Below, in pieces: positions 1-9,330 of a stretch of DNA of 35,133 nucleotides. The position numbers and the translations under genes are program-made. The notes beneath the pieces were generated by a model, which saw only the letters and a list, made by a program, of their open reading frames with translations, ran no database searches and was not told the origin of the DNA. Origin of the DNA: Nitrososphaerota archaeon (GTDB lineage Archaea; Thermoproteota; Nitrososphaeria; Nitrososphaerales; Nitrosopumilaceae); assembly GCA_022573065.1 (NCBI GenBank), contig JACZUQ010000002.1:1-35133 (forward strand), in the 5' to 3' direction. Every line of letters begins with the position of its first letter. Within the stretch, counting starts at the first letter, position 1.

Positions 1-558
1 GCAATTGCAGCATCAGCAGCAACTGGTGCTCAAATAATGTACATTGGTACCGGTGAACGCATTGACGACTTGGAAAAATTTTCTCCAACAAGATTTGTTG
101 GAAGGCTTTTAGGTATGGGTGATTTACAAGCTCTATTAGATTTAGCTAAAAGACTTGAAAGCGAAGCTGATGATGTACGTCTAAAACGAATCTCAAGTGG
201 AAAGATGAACATGGATGATTTCTATTATCAACTTGAAGAAGTTACTAAAGTTGGTTCACTAAAGGGACTATTGGAAAGTATGCCAGGCTTTTCAGGAATG
301 GTAAAAGAAGATCAACTTGACCAAGTTGAAGATAGAATGGAAAAATGGCGTTACATTATTCAAAGTATGAATAAACAAGAAAAAGCAGATCCTGATCTTC
401 TAAATGCATCTAGAATTAAAAGAATTGCGCGAGGTTCGGGTTGGCCTGAACATGAAGTAAAAGAACTTTTGAAAAATTATAAAAATTCAAAAAATATGAT
501 GAAAGCATCTAAAGGAAGACAGATGCAAGGTGCCCTCAGAAGGATGGGCTTGGGATAG
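1..558 (+). CDS. srp54: Signal recognition particle protein SRP54, C-terminal part (5' end lies outside the window)
   Basis: Frame 1 is open from base 1. The translation AIAASAATGAQIMYIGTGERIDDLEKFSPTRFVGRLLGMGD is the end of the SRP54 GTPase domain, followed by the Met-rich M domain. Stop at 556-558. Confidence 0.9.
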   Translation, partial: AIAASAATGAQIMYIGTGERIDDLEKFSPTRFVGRLLGMGDLQALLDLAKRLESEADDVRLKRISSGKMNMDDFYYQLEEVTKVGSLKGLLESMPGFSGMVKEDQLDQVEDRMEKWRYIIQSMNKQEKADPDLLNASRIKRIARGSGWPEHEVKELLKNYKNSKNMMKASKGRQMQGALRRMGLG

Positions 559-590
559 AACTTTAACTATAGTAATTAAAATAATTCTAT

Positions 591-1781
591 ATGTATTCAC
601 AACAAAAAATCAAAATGGGGAATAATATTCTAGATCAATGTATATCCCACGCAAAAATTATTCTAAATGAATATGACATTTGTGATAATTGTACAGGTAG
701 ATTATTTGCAAAAAGGATGGGCTCATCATCTAATCAACTATTAGGGAAAAAAATTAGAAATCGACTAAATTTCAAATCATCAAAAATTTGCTATATTTGT
801 AAAGAAATTCATTCCAACTTACAATCAATTGTTGATAGAATGCTAGAACAATCATCCGGGTATGAATTTTCTACATTCGTACTAGGGGGAATTCTAAAGC
901 CATCTATTATTGATAGAGACGATCTCATTAGATCAAAATTTAAGCTTCAAGGAATTGATAGTGTTAAAACCGGCATAACTAAAGAATTATCTAAAAAATT
1001 TGCAATGAAAACAAAGAAAAAGATAGACTTTCTTTATCCTGATTTGACTTTTACGTATAATTTTAAAAATGATTCATGTGAATTACAAACTCGAACTTTA
1101 ATTTTCTCTGGAAGATATGTAAAAAAAAATCGTGGATTACCACAAAAACAATCTTCATGCATTAATTGTAATGGAAAAGGATGTCTTCAGTGCAATAATC
1201 ATGGATTTTCAAACTTTACTAGTGTTGAAGGTAAAATTGCTAAATTCTTATTTGAAAAATTTTCTGGTACACAGACAAAAATCACTTGGATTGGTGGTGA
1301 AGAAAAAAATAGTCTTGTTTTGGGAAATGGAAGACCTTTTTTTATCAAGTTATATAATCCAAAGAAAAGAGTAGCTAGATTACAGAAAAAATATGCTCTA
1401 GATGAACTAGAAATTCATAATCTGAAAATTATTTCTAAAATTCCAAAAAAAGTTATCTCTTTTAGATCCACAATTAAATTATCAATTCTTACTGAACAGA
1501 AATTAACACAAAAAAGCCTTGAACCTCTAAAAACCCTCAAAAAAATTTCTATAGAAATTTTTGACAAACCTAATAAAAAAACTCAAAAATCTATCTACCG
1601 GATAAAATTCAAAAAATCTTCTCCAAAGTCTTTTTTAATTTGGATCATTGCAGATGGGGGCCTTCCAATTAAGCGATTTGTAGAAGGAAATAACGTTAAC
1701 CCAAACCTAAGTGAACTTCTTGGAAACAAATGTAGATGTAAAGAAATTGATTTTCATAATGTGGATTTACTAAATATTTAG
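591..1781 (+). CDS. pus10: tRNA pseudouridine synthase Pus10 (archaeal type)
   Basis: N-terminal Cys pairs (CDNCTGR, CYICKE), an internal CINCNGKGCLQC, and a C-terminal ADGGLPIKRFVEG motif resemble the Pus10 catalytic domain. An alternative start at ATG 615 (MGNNIL) fits the TATA-like taattaaaataa at 573-584 better. Confidence 0.8.
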   Translation: MYSQQKIKMGNNILDQCISHAKIILNEYDICDNCTGRLFAKRMGSSSNQLLGKKIRNRLNFKSSKICYICKEIHSNLQSIVDRMLEQSSGYEFSTFVLGGILKPSIIDRDDLIRSKFKLQGIDSVKTGITKELSKKFAMKTKKKIDFLYPDLTFTYNFKNDSCELQTRTLIFSGRYVKKNRGLPQKQSSCINCNGKGCLQCNNHGFSNFTSVEGKIAKFLFEKFSGTQTKITWIGGEEKNSLVLGNGRPFFIKLYNPKKRVARLQKKYALDELEIHNLKIISKIPKKVISFRSTIKLSILTEQKLTQKSLEPLKTLKKISIEIFDKPNKKTQKSIYRIKFKKSSPKSFLIWIIADGGLPIKRFVEGNNVNPNLSELLGNKCRCKEIDFHNVDLLNI

Positions 1782-1948
1782 GTTAATCTTTGAGATGAGG
1801 GTACATTACTAGTCTGCCTCAAACTGTAGTTTCCCCCCACCTCGAATTTGAAGGATAAAATCATCTATCAAAGTAGTAAAAAAAGAGTTACTGAGAAATC
1901 GTCATAGCTTAGATTATATTTGATTCATCTAGTTTTTGACTTGTTTCA

Positions 1949-2650
1949 TTGGATCCGCTGATAAAAGTTAAAGAAGCACATCAAAAAGGAATCCTGCCAG
2001 ACGATGTTTTCAATTTAATTGTTAAAAGATTTCCCTTAGTAGTCTCAGGAATAAATAGAATCGAGAATGCCTCAGGCATAAACTATCCTATTGCTTATGT
2101 GGATCCCTCAATAGTTCTTTCATCTTCTAGTTCATATGATTACGGAATACTTTTTGCAAGAACTATTCCATTAATTTTCGAAAACCAACTTCAAGTGGTA
2201 ATTCAAATATCTTCGCCTCTTATTGCTTATGGTTTGAAAGGAACAATTCATGCCATTTTAGCACATGAATTTCTTCATTATCTAAATTTGATAAGAAAGA
2301 TCTCAAAAATGGAATTACTTTCCGATGAAATTTCTGGAAATTTATTTGAAAATGTTTATGCTGATAGTACTAGACTTTTTGAACCTAGGGCAGTTTTTAA
2401 TGATAAAACATTACTATTACATATTACAAAAAAATTTCCGGCGGGTTTTAAAGATTTTAAACTTGAGGATAAAACTATTAACTTTTGGATAAAAAAGGAT
2501 CTTCCAATAAATAATATTACTCTGGATACCAACATCGTAAAGCTGTCTACAGAAGCTATATCAAAAATAAAATTTGACCAAATTCTTCTAAAAAAGATTG
2601 AAGAATTAGAAGAAAAAAATTCTAAACTTCATAAGAAAAAATATCTTTAA
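1949..2650 (+). CDS. Hypothetical protein with HExxH motif (putative zinc metallopeptidase-like)
   Basis: 233-codon ORF. AILAHEFLHYL contains HExxH. There is no in-frame ATG near the 5' end, so the TTG at 1949 is the only classical start. No family recognised. Confidence 0.5.
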   Translation: MDPLIKVKEAHQKGILPDDVFNLIVKRFPLVVSGINRIENASGINYPIAYVDPSIVLSSSSSYDYGILFARTIPLIFENQLQVVIQISSPLIAYGLKGTIHAILAHEFLHYLNLIRKISKMELLSDEISGNLFENVYADSTRLFEPRAVFNDKTLLLHITKKFPAGFKDFKLEDKTINFWIKKDLPINNITLDTNIVKLSTEAISKIKFDQILLKKIEELEEKNSKLHKKKYL

Positions 2651-2824
2651 TTATTGTGAAAATTCTGTAAGGCCACATTTGCCACAGGTTCGACGGTTTT
2701 TATGTTCTGACATAAACACTCCTTTTCCACAACGTGAACAAATTTTTCGAGTTTTTGTTGCTTTTTCTCCTTCAATCTTATAATACTTGTAGACATTTGG
2801 ACTGGAACCTTTCCTTCCTGCCAT
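2651..2824 (-). CDS. rps27ae: Ribosomal protein eS31 (S27ae)
   Basis: Hand-translated 57-aa ORF, absent from the track: MAGRKGSSPNVYKYYKIEGEKATKTRKICSRCGKGVFMSEHKNRRTCGKCGLTEFSQ. It has a CxxC-x14-CxxC zinc ribbon and starts 2 nt after the eS24 stop, the conserved archaeal S24e-S27ae order. Confidence 0.85.
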   Translation of the reverse strand: MAGRKGSSPNVYKYYKIEGEKATKTRKICSRCGKGVFMSEHKNRRTCGKCGLTEFSQ

Positions 2825-2826
2825 TT

Positions 2827-3243
2827 TTAGCTTTTCTCCTCAACAGGCTTTTCTTTTGGTGTTCCATCTTTTACCTCAACAGGTTTTGATTCTTTTTTCT
2901 CTTCTTTTGGTTGATCCTGTTTTGCAGCTTCTTTTACCTCAGGAGGTTTTTCAGCTTCTTTTTTTGCTTTTTCTAAACGCTTGAAAATAACAGGATTAAT
3001 TTGTTTTTTTGCAAGGTTTTCATCCTCATATACATAAAAAGTACCAACAATTGAAGGCCTGCCAGTATCATTTTTCATTTTTATAGGAATAATGAACTTT
3101 CCATCAAGTTTGAATTCTTTTTTTATCATATCTATAGCGTCAAGTTTTTTCAATTTTCCCCCAACACCTGCAAAAGTACATGTAATCTCTCTTCTAGATA
3201 GAAATGAATTTTTTACATCACTTATAGTCTCAATCATTGACAT
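2827..3243 (-). CDS. rps24e: Ribosomal protein eS24 (S24e) with a Lys/Glu/Pro-rich C-terminal extension
   Basis: MSMIETISDVKNSFLSRREITCTF...RPSIVGTFYVYEDENLAKKQINPVIFKRL is a typical S24e core. I prefer the ATG at 3243 over the track's TTG at 3252. The last ~45 aa are a KEP-rich tail. Confidence 0.85.
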   Translation of the reverse strand: MSMIETISDVKNSFLSRREITCTFAGVGGKLKKLDAIDMIKKEFKLDGKFIIPIKMKNDTGRPSIVGTFYVYEDENLAKKQINPVIFKRLEKAKKEAEKPPEVKEAAKQDQPKEEKKESKPVEVKDGTPKEKPVEEKS

Positions 3244-3300
3244 GTACCCCAATCCTTTCTATAGTTCATATAAATTTAATTAAAAATTACGAAGAAATTT

Positions 3301-3885
3301 ATGAAAATACAACGACTCTACTTTATGGACAGATTTATGCTCCATTTGAAAAATGAAAATTATGTTCCAAAAGACGCATCTGAATTACTTCATCGGTCAC
3401 GAGACCTTTGTTCAGGAATGAATGTCACAATACGTGATACTAGAGTTTCAAGGCAATTTCTAGAATTCGATGTTTCAATAAACAAAGAGAATTTAGATGT
3501 TTTAGTTACAAAAATGAAACCCCTTGGAGAACTTGATCATGCTAAACATGTTGTAGAAGAAGAAATACCTAAAGAAGATGCCATTAAGGATGGAATTTCT
3601 TATTTTAATGATGAAAGATTTTGGGAATGTCATGAGGTTTTTGAAAGTGTTTGGAAAAAATGTTACGAAGGAGAAAGAGATCTTGTTCATGGAATTATTC
3701 TAGTTGCTGCATCTTTGGTCCACTATCAGAAAAATGAAAATGAAATTTGTATTTCAATTCTAAACCGTGCATTAAAAAAGCTTGCAAATGCTTCAGGACA
3801 ATATTACAATATAGATGTGGATGGTTTACGTAATAAAGTAAATGAAATAATTATCTCTAGAAAAATCACTACATTTTTGATTTAA
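3301..3885 (+). CDS. DUF309-domain protein
   Basis: The C-terminal half, FNDERFWECHEVFESVWKK...DLVHGIILVAASLVHYQKNE, matches the DUF309 helical pattern as I recall it. The N-terminal ~90 aa are unassigned. The start could be a later Met. Confidence 0.55.
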   Translation: MKIQRLYFMDRFMLHLKNENYVPKDASELLHRSRDLCSGMNVTIRDTRVSRQFLEFDVSINKENLDVLVTKMKPLGELDHAKHVVEEEIPKEDAIKDGISYFNDERFWECHEVFESVWKKCYEGERDLVHGIILVAASLVHYQKNENEICISILNRALKKLANASGQYYNIDVDGLRNKVNEIIISRKITTFLI

Positions 3886-5134
3886 TTATTTCTAGACAGG
3901 TTTTTACAACTTGTGAGCCTTCAAGTAAACCTATTTTTCCTTTTTTAGATTCTGTCTCAGTGTATCTAATAGTTTCATCTTTTTTAATTAAATCTCCTGA
4001 AACAAGAATAGGTACTGGATCATCACTATGTCCCTTGTTAATGCATGGAGTAGAATGATCTGCAGATACTATTACTGATACTTTTTTAGTGTCAATATTA
4101 TTCAGTAAATTCCCAAAGAATCTTCGATCAATCTCTTCAATATTTTTCATTTTTCCTATAGCATCCCCATCATGCCCAAATTCATCTGGTCCTTTCAAAT
4201 GAACGTAAATGGCGTTTTGAGTTTCCATAGCTTTTGCAGCAACTCTAGCTTTTTCCTCATAATCCGTTAAGCCTCCAGCATTAAAGGCCTTCATTTTGAG
4301 AACCTCTGAGATGCCCAACTCCACTGGCATATCTACTATACATGAAAAATTCATTGAATGCAAATCGTTTATCGGTTTTACCACAGGATACCTATTTCCA
4401 GCATCGCGCAACAAAATACTGTTTAGAAGTTTTTTATGATTTTCTTTTCTTCTAAGATTAACCTCACTTCGTTTCATTATACTAAGCGATTGTTCCGTAA
4501 ATTCATTAACTAATTTTGCAGTCAAGTTAGCCTCAGACGAATCATTTAGTGGAAGACATTTTTCAATTTTCATAAAATCAGTAACTGCTTTTGCTATACC
4601 CATACCTGAGACTCGTGAATATGCTGGATCCGTATTTGTGATACTTGATGAGAGAGATTGCCCCTCGCATCTTATTCTTACTGTAACCCTATGGCCAATA
4701 GTTGGGGCTACAACCACCGAAGTGTTTGGAACTGAAAATCTTGCATTTTGTTCAACTTCTTTTGCAATTTCTAAGGCATCTTCTCGTTCAATACTTCTTC
4801 CTGCTCTTCTGTCTATAATGACTTCATCATCATTTAATGTAGCAAAGTTTCCTCTTAATGCTAAATCACCATCTTTGAAATCTATTCCAACTCCTATTGC
4901 TTCAATTACTCCTCTGCCAACATAGTCTTCATGTTGAAATTTGTATCCTAACATGTTGAAAACAGCAATGTCAGATTCTGGAGCAATTCCTTTTCCTACA
5001 GAAATAACCTCACCCATTACTCCATTTTTCGTTAATTTGTCAAGATTAGGAGTAACTGCTGCCTCTAACGGGGTCTTACCTTTTAGATCTGGATGAGGAA
5101 GATCTCCAACTCCGTCTAATAAGACATAAACCAC
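3869..5134 (-). CDS. apgM: 2,3-bisphosphoglycerate-independent phosphoglycerate mutase, archaeal ApgM type
   Basis: Shows the N-terminal VLLDGVGD metal-site motif, SADHSTPC, and DPVPILVSG near the C-terminus. About 420 aa. GTG start at 5134. Confidence 0.85.
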   Translation of the reverse strand: MVYVLLDGVGDLPHPDLKGKTPLEAAVTPNLDKLTKNGVMGEVISVGKGIAPESDIAVFNMLGYKFQHEDYVGRGVIEAIGVGIDFKDGDLALRGNFATLNDDEVIIDRRAGRSIEREDALEIAKEVEQNARFSVPNTSVVVAPTIGHRVTVRIRCEGQSLSSSITNTDPAYSRVSGMGIAKAVTDFMKIEKCLPLNDSSEANLTAKLVNEFTEQSLSIMKRSEVNLRRKENHKKLLNSILLRDAGNRYPVVKPINDLHSMNFSCIVDMPVELGISEVLKMKAFNAGGLTDYEEKARVAAKAMETQNAIYVHLKGPDEFGHDGDAIGKMKNIEEIDRRFFGNLLNNIDTKKVSVIVSADHSTPCINKGHSDDPVPILVSGDLIKKDETIRYTETESKKGKIGLLEGSQVVKTCLEIIKSKM

Positions 5135-5281
5135 ACGAACATCCGAATTTTTAGTAATGTTGAACAGCTCCTTTCTTAAACATTTTATCTGGTTACTTTA
5201 AAGCTTGGAATTTTTGACCACTTTTTGAAAAGTATCGATCTATAGAAAGCTTTTAACACGTAAATTTTTTTGTTATCTATT

Positions 5282-6298
5282 ATGGGGAACATGCGTAAAG
5301 ATCCTATTCTTGAAAGATTCATGATCATAACTTCTGGTAACGGTAAGATTACTGATTCTAAAAAATCACCATATTCCCCTGGAAATGAAACTATGACAAA
5401 TCCATCAGTATTATCTCTAGTTGAAAAAAATGGAATGCTGCAAAGACTACAAGACAGTGAAGATAATTATGTTAAAAATTGGTCAATAAGGGTTTTTGAA
5501 AGCAAAAATCCAGCAGTATCAATAACTGCAGAAAACACCTACAGTGACAAACCTCATTATAGCGAACCAGCTTATGGCTATCATTATGTAGTAGTTGCTT
5601 CTCCAAATCAAAAAGATACTTTTGCAACAATCGATGTTGATCAATGGTCAAACATACTAGTTGTTATTCAAGATCGACTCAGATGGCTATATACACAGAA
5701 AGGTGTTACCTATGTTTCAATCTATGGAAATCATGGTAAAGAGGCAGGTGCAGAAATTTCTCATCCACACCTTCACGTGGTAACCTTTTCTACAATTCCC
5801 CCTGTGATTGAAGCTGAAGCCGAAGCTACACATAGGATTTTGAATGAAAAAGGCGTTTGTGCTTTATGTCAAACTATTACAGCTGAAACTGGAGGCCCTA
5901 GACAAATTTTACAATCTGAGGGATTCATTGCTTTTTGCCCTTGGGCACCTTCACACCCATACGAATTTTGGATTTGTCCTAAAAAACATACTACAAGTTT
6001 TTCAAAAATAACTCAAAAAGAGATTAACGATCTCTCTTTGATTTTACGAGCTACTCTAGGGGGATTAGTAAATAGCATTAAAGACTTGGCTTATAATTTC
6101 GCATTTCATTTATCCCCTGAAAAAAAGAATAGTAGACAAATTCATTGGCATATAGAGGTGTATCCAGTTACTTCTCCATGGTCTGGACTAGAACGTGGTT
6201 TTGGAGTGTTTTTGAATCAAATCTCCCCTGAACAAGCTGCTGAAAAACTAGGCGCATCGTGCAGAAAAGAATTAGCAAATCTAGTGGGTATCGTATAG
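5282..6298 (+). CDS. Galactose-1-phosphate uridylyltransferase family (HIT superfamily) nucleotidyltransferase/phosphorylase
   Basis: SHPHLHV is an HPH nucleotidyl-histidine motif. ALCQ is a Cys pair, and the fold has a duplicated half-barrel layout (second half: FCPWAPSHPYEFWICPKKH). I prefer the ATG at 5282 to the TTG at 5270. The substrate cannot be told from sequence. Confidence 0.6.
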   Translation: MGNMRKDPILERFMIITSGNGKITDSKKSPYSPGNETMTNPSVLSLVEKNGMLQRLQDSEDNYVKNWSIRVFESKNPAVSITAENTYSDKPHYSEPAYGYHYVVVASPNQKDTFATIDVDQWSNILVVIQDRLRWLYTQKGVTYVSIYGNHGKEAGAEISHPHLHVVTFSTIPPVIEAEAEATHRILNEKGVCALCQTITAETGGPRQILQSEGFIAFCPWAPSHPYEFWICPKKHTTSFSKITQKEINDLSLILRATLGGLVNSIKDLAYNFAFHLSPEKKNSRQIHWHIEVYPVTSPWSGLERGFGVFLNQISPEQAAEKLGASCRKELANLVGIV

Positions 6299-6341
6299 AA
6301 ACACTGCATAGCTTATTATCTTCAAAAAAAATTCATATTGT

Positions 6342-6785
6342 ATGGGATTTGAAAAATACATTGCAGCTGTAAGTCTTGGATTATACATAATGTTTGTAGG
6401 TGAAATTTTTACATTGTATAATTTCATGCAAGATACTCCTGAACAAACTTCATCTTTCATTTTAGACCCTGATCCAAAAATTTTTCAATTTATCTCAATT
6501 GGTGTTGCTCCGGCAACAGTTATGGCAGGAATTTCATTTTTCATATCAAAACAATATGGTTCAAAACCTACTGGTTTAATGATTATTGCAGGCGGTGCAA
6601 TTTTATTAGGTGGTATGGCATTTGCACACTCTATGATAAGTGGAATAAATCCAGCATATGAAAGTAAAGTCATACCAATTTTCACCCCTTTGTTTATGGT
6701 AATATCAATTCCTATAATTATTGTAGGAACACGATTACTAAAAATCAAAAAAAGAAAATCAAAAAAAGATTATTTCTATGAATGA
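6342..6785 (+). CDS. Hypothetical integral membrane protein (about 4 TM segments)
   Basis: Four hydrophobic stretches and a Lys-rich C-terminus (KIKKRKSKKD). No recognised family. Confidence 0.5.
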   Translation: MGFEKYIAAVSLGLYIMFVGEIFTLYNFMQDTPEQTSSFILDPDPKIFQFISIGVAPATVMAGISFFISKQYGSKPTGLMIIAGGAILLGGMAFAHSMISGINPAYESKVIPIFTPLFMVISIPIIIVGTRLLKIKKRKSKKDYFYE

Positions 6786-7213
6786 TCATATCGCATTCCA
6801 TTTGAAATTATTTTAAAACCAATCTTTTCATAAAATGGCTTTACTTCATCAGTGCAATCCAAAATTGTTTTGTAGCAATTATTATCTTTAGCAAGATCTA
6901 GTAAAGTTCTCATTAGCATTTCACCAATTCCTTTTCCTTGATAGTCTTTTGATACTACAACATCTTCAATATGTGCTACATTTCTTCCATTGTGGATAAA
7001 TTTTGGTTCAATTAACATAGATGTAGAACCAACAACTCTTCCATCTAAAATTGCAACATAGATAAAATGATTTGAATTAGAACTAATCTTTTCAAAAATT
7101 TCCTTTGCTTTTTCTATGTCAAGATTACTTGCTAATTTGAGAGAATCCATAGATTCTAAAAATCCATTGAAAAGGTCTTTTTCTTCTAATTCTCTGATAG
7201 TAATGTCAACCAT
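6776..7213 (-). CDS. GNAT acetyltransferase, GNA1-like (putative glucosamine-6-phosphate N-acetyltransferase)
   Basis: AHIEDVVVSKDYQGKGIGEMLMRTLLDLAKDNNCYKTILDCTDEVKPFYEKIGF closely mirrors the eukaryotic GNA1/GNPNAT1 core (HIEDxxV...YxGxGxG...CYKxxLDC...FYEKxGF) as I recall it. Confidence 0.7.
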   Translation of the reverse strand: MVDITIRELEEKDLFNGFLESMDSLKLASNLDIEKAKEIFEKISSNSNHFIYVAILDGRVVGSTSMLIEPKFIHNGRNVAHIEDVVVSKDYQGKGIGEMLMRTLLDLAKDNNCYKTILDCTDEVKPFYEKIGFKIISNGMRYDHS

Positions 7214-7222
7214 TTTTTGTCA

Positions 7223-7924
7223 TTAGATATTACCTAATTTTTCGAGAAATTGTTGATATGCTTTTTTGTAGGAGGTTTTATCCCCAATGTCCATGAATCC
7301 CTTTTTAATTAGAATGGTATTAACCAATTTCTTCTTTAAAATGGCCTTTTTGATTACATCATCCATTCCATATGGTTTGTTACTGGGTATTAAGCCAAAA
7401 ACTTGAGGCTCCATTACATAGCAACCGATATTGATATTAGCTTTAATCTCAGGTTTTTCGTTCCAGCCAGTAACTCTGCCATTTTTAGTGGTTTCAATAA
7501 CTCCATAGTTGAGTCTGGTTTTGTATTCATAAAGGCTCATTGTTATGAAAGATCTTTTTTTCTTATGTTGGAAAATCATATTTTTTAAATTAAAATCAAA
7601 CACGGAATCACCATAAACACAAACAAATGAATCATCAATGAATTGTTCTGCAGTTTTTAATTGTCCTGCAGTTGCAAGAGGTTTACTTGCTATAGCGTAT
7701 TCTATATTCATACCAAATCTTTCACCATCCTCAAAATAATCTTCAATTGTTTTTCTAAGATAACTTACACACATAACAGTAGTTTTTATTCCATTTTTCT
7801 TTAACCAATCAATCAGATGCTCAAGTAATGGTTTTTCTCCTAGAGGGAGCATTGGTTTTGGAACAAATGTCGTATAAGGTTGGAGTCTTGTTCCCAATCC
7901 TCCAGCTAAAATTACTGCTTTCAT
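7223..7924 (-). CDS. Sugar-phosphate nucleotidyltransferase (NTP_transferase family, no left-handed beta-helix domain)
   Basis: MKAVILAGGLGTRLQPYTTFVPKPMLPL is the canonical GxGTRxxPxT signature. 233 aa. Confidence 0.8.
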   Translation of the reverse strand: MKAVILAGGLGTRLQPYTTFVPKPMLPLGEKPLLEHLIDWLKKNGIKTTVMCVSYLRKTIEDYFEDGERFGMNIEYAIASKPLATAGQLKTAEQFIDDSFVCVYGDSVFDFNLKNMIFQHKKKRSFITMSLYEYKTRLNYGVIETTKNGRVTGWNEKPEIKANINIGCYVMEPQVFGLIPSNKPYGMDDVIKKAILKKKLVNTILIKKGFMDIGDKTSYKKAYQQFLEKLGNI

Positions 7925-7995
7925 GAATTTGTATTTGAAATTATGAGTATTTATGTTGAGGTATAGATTTCTAATACATTACAATCAAACTTGAC

Positions 7996-9300
7996 TTACA
8001 AAATTTTGATAACTTTTTCTACAACATTACTTGGATCACTACCAAAAATCATTATCATTGGTTCTTTTCCAAAATCTCCTTTATGATATATTATATCTGG
8101 CGCTATTTTATAATTTTTAATTGCTTGTTTAATTCCCCAAGAAATTGATAAATTCTCTTTTCTTTTTATTTTGTGAGGTTCCTTAAATCTATCATAACCT
8201 TGAACTACAAAAGATTTTTTTCTACAACGATTTATTAAATTTAAGTTATATTTTATATTAACTGCGGATCTTATATGTGGAAATTTTTTATTAATTTCAA
8301 ATAGTGCAGAGCCTACATGCTTTGAACCTCCATATTCTAAATTCCCTGCTACAACAATGTCTTTACCAGCTTTAACAATTCTTCCTGAAACCCCTAACAC
8401 ATCTTTGTTTGATTTGATTTTCTTTTTAGCATATACAAAATTTGTTTGACATTCAGGAATAACAGAATAAACTCTCTTTAAATTTATAAAATCATTTATT
8501 GCATTTTCAAGGATTTTTTTATTCTTGTCAGAATTACTAATTGAATAAGTGATTGGTATGCCTTTTCCAATTTGTTTTGCATTTTTAATAGAATTATATG
8601 TATACTTTTTGGCAAATTTTACTGCTATATCTAGACTCTTTCCACTTCCGATTCCCACAGTTAACGCAGAAGAAAAATTACATCCACTTCCATGATTAGC
8701 TTGTTTTAACATTTTTCCAGATATGTAATAATTTTTCCTTCCATCAAAAACAAAATCAGATATGGTACCCCTTTCTGAATCAATTCCGGTAATTACAACA
8801 TTTTTGGCACCGAGTTCTTTTATCTTCAAAGCACATCGTAACAAATCTTGTTTATTTTTTATTTTAATCTCACTAAGAATTGATGCTTCGGATATATTTG
8901 GTGTAACTACAAATGCTAATGGAAGCAGATTTTTTTTGTAAGTATCAAGTGCATTTTTTTTTAAGAGTATGCCTCCTGTTGAAGATTTTATTACAGGATC
9001 AAGAATTATTGGAATTCTAATTTTTGAAAGTTTGGAGTTTATTGATTTGATGGTAGAAGAATCATAAACCATTCCAATCTTGATTGCATCTATTTTAAAA
9101 TCAGAAAAAACAGAATCAATTTGATTTTGAATCATTTTTGGAGAAATTGGTTCTACTTTGCCAAATTTTGTGGTATTTTGACTGGTGATCGATGTAATTA
9201 CCGTTAAGGCATAAGATCCTAATGATGTGAAAGTTTTTACATCACTTTGTATACCTGCACCAGAAGAAGGATCCGATCCTCCGATCGAAAGTAAGTTCAT
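7996..9300 (-). CDS. thiDN: Bifunctional HMP/HMP-P kinase and thiamine-phosphate synthase (ThiD-ThiN fusion)
   Basis: The N-terminal LSIGGSDPSSGAGIQSDVKTFTSLG and GSGCNFSSAL are ThiD motifs. An extra ~170-aa C-terminal domain is consistent with the archaeal ThiN domain. Confidence 0.8.
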   Translation of the reverse strand: MNLLSIGGSDPSSGAGIQSDVKTFTSLGSYALTVITSITSQNTTKFGKVEPISPKMIQNQIDSVFSDFKIDAIKIGMVYDSSTIKSINSKLSKIRIPIILDPVIKSSTGGILLKKNALDTYKKNLLPLAFVVTPNISEASILSEIKIKNKQDLLRCALKIKELGAKNVVITGIDSERGTISDFVFDGRKNYYISGKMLKQANHGSGCNFSSALTVGIGSGKSLDIAVKFAKKYTYNSIKNAKQIGKGIPITYSISNSDKNKKILENAINDFINLKRVYSVIPECQTNFVYAKKKIKSNKDVLGVSGRIVKAGKDIVVAGNLEYGGSKHVGSALFEINKKFPHIRSAVNIKYNLNLINRCRKKSFVVQGYDRFKEPHKIKRKENLSISWGIKQAIKNYKIAPDIIYHKGDFGKEPMIMIFGSDPSNVVEKVIKIL

Positions 9301-9323
9301 ACCAATCTCCTAAAGAACTATTG

Positions 9324-9330
9324 TTTAAAT
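9324..9330. promoter_or_regulatory. Candidate shared TATA element (TTTAAAT) between divergent thiDN and thiC
   Basis: This is the only TATA-like element in the 50-bp intergenic region. Its centre is about 26 nt from the thiDN ATG (9300) and about 24 nt from the thiC ATG (9351). Confidence 0.35.

Noticed and set aside
590-604. The 15-nt identity tatgtattcacaaca occurs at 590-604 (the Pus10 start) and at 23923-23937 (just upstream of the repeat-protein TTG start). Both could encode MYSQ.
   Set aside because: One 15-nt match is about what chance predicts among all position pairs in 35 kb of AT-rich DNA. The flanks show no extended similarity.
1782-1948. A possible C/D-box sRNA or other structured RNA in the Pus10-downstream spacer (GAGATGA near 1793, CTGA near 1892).
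   Set aside because: The C-box is imperfect. The spacing of about 100 nt is too long for archaeal C/D sRNAs. No D'/C' boxes or terminal stem are evident. The hairpins I could draw have only 5 bp.
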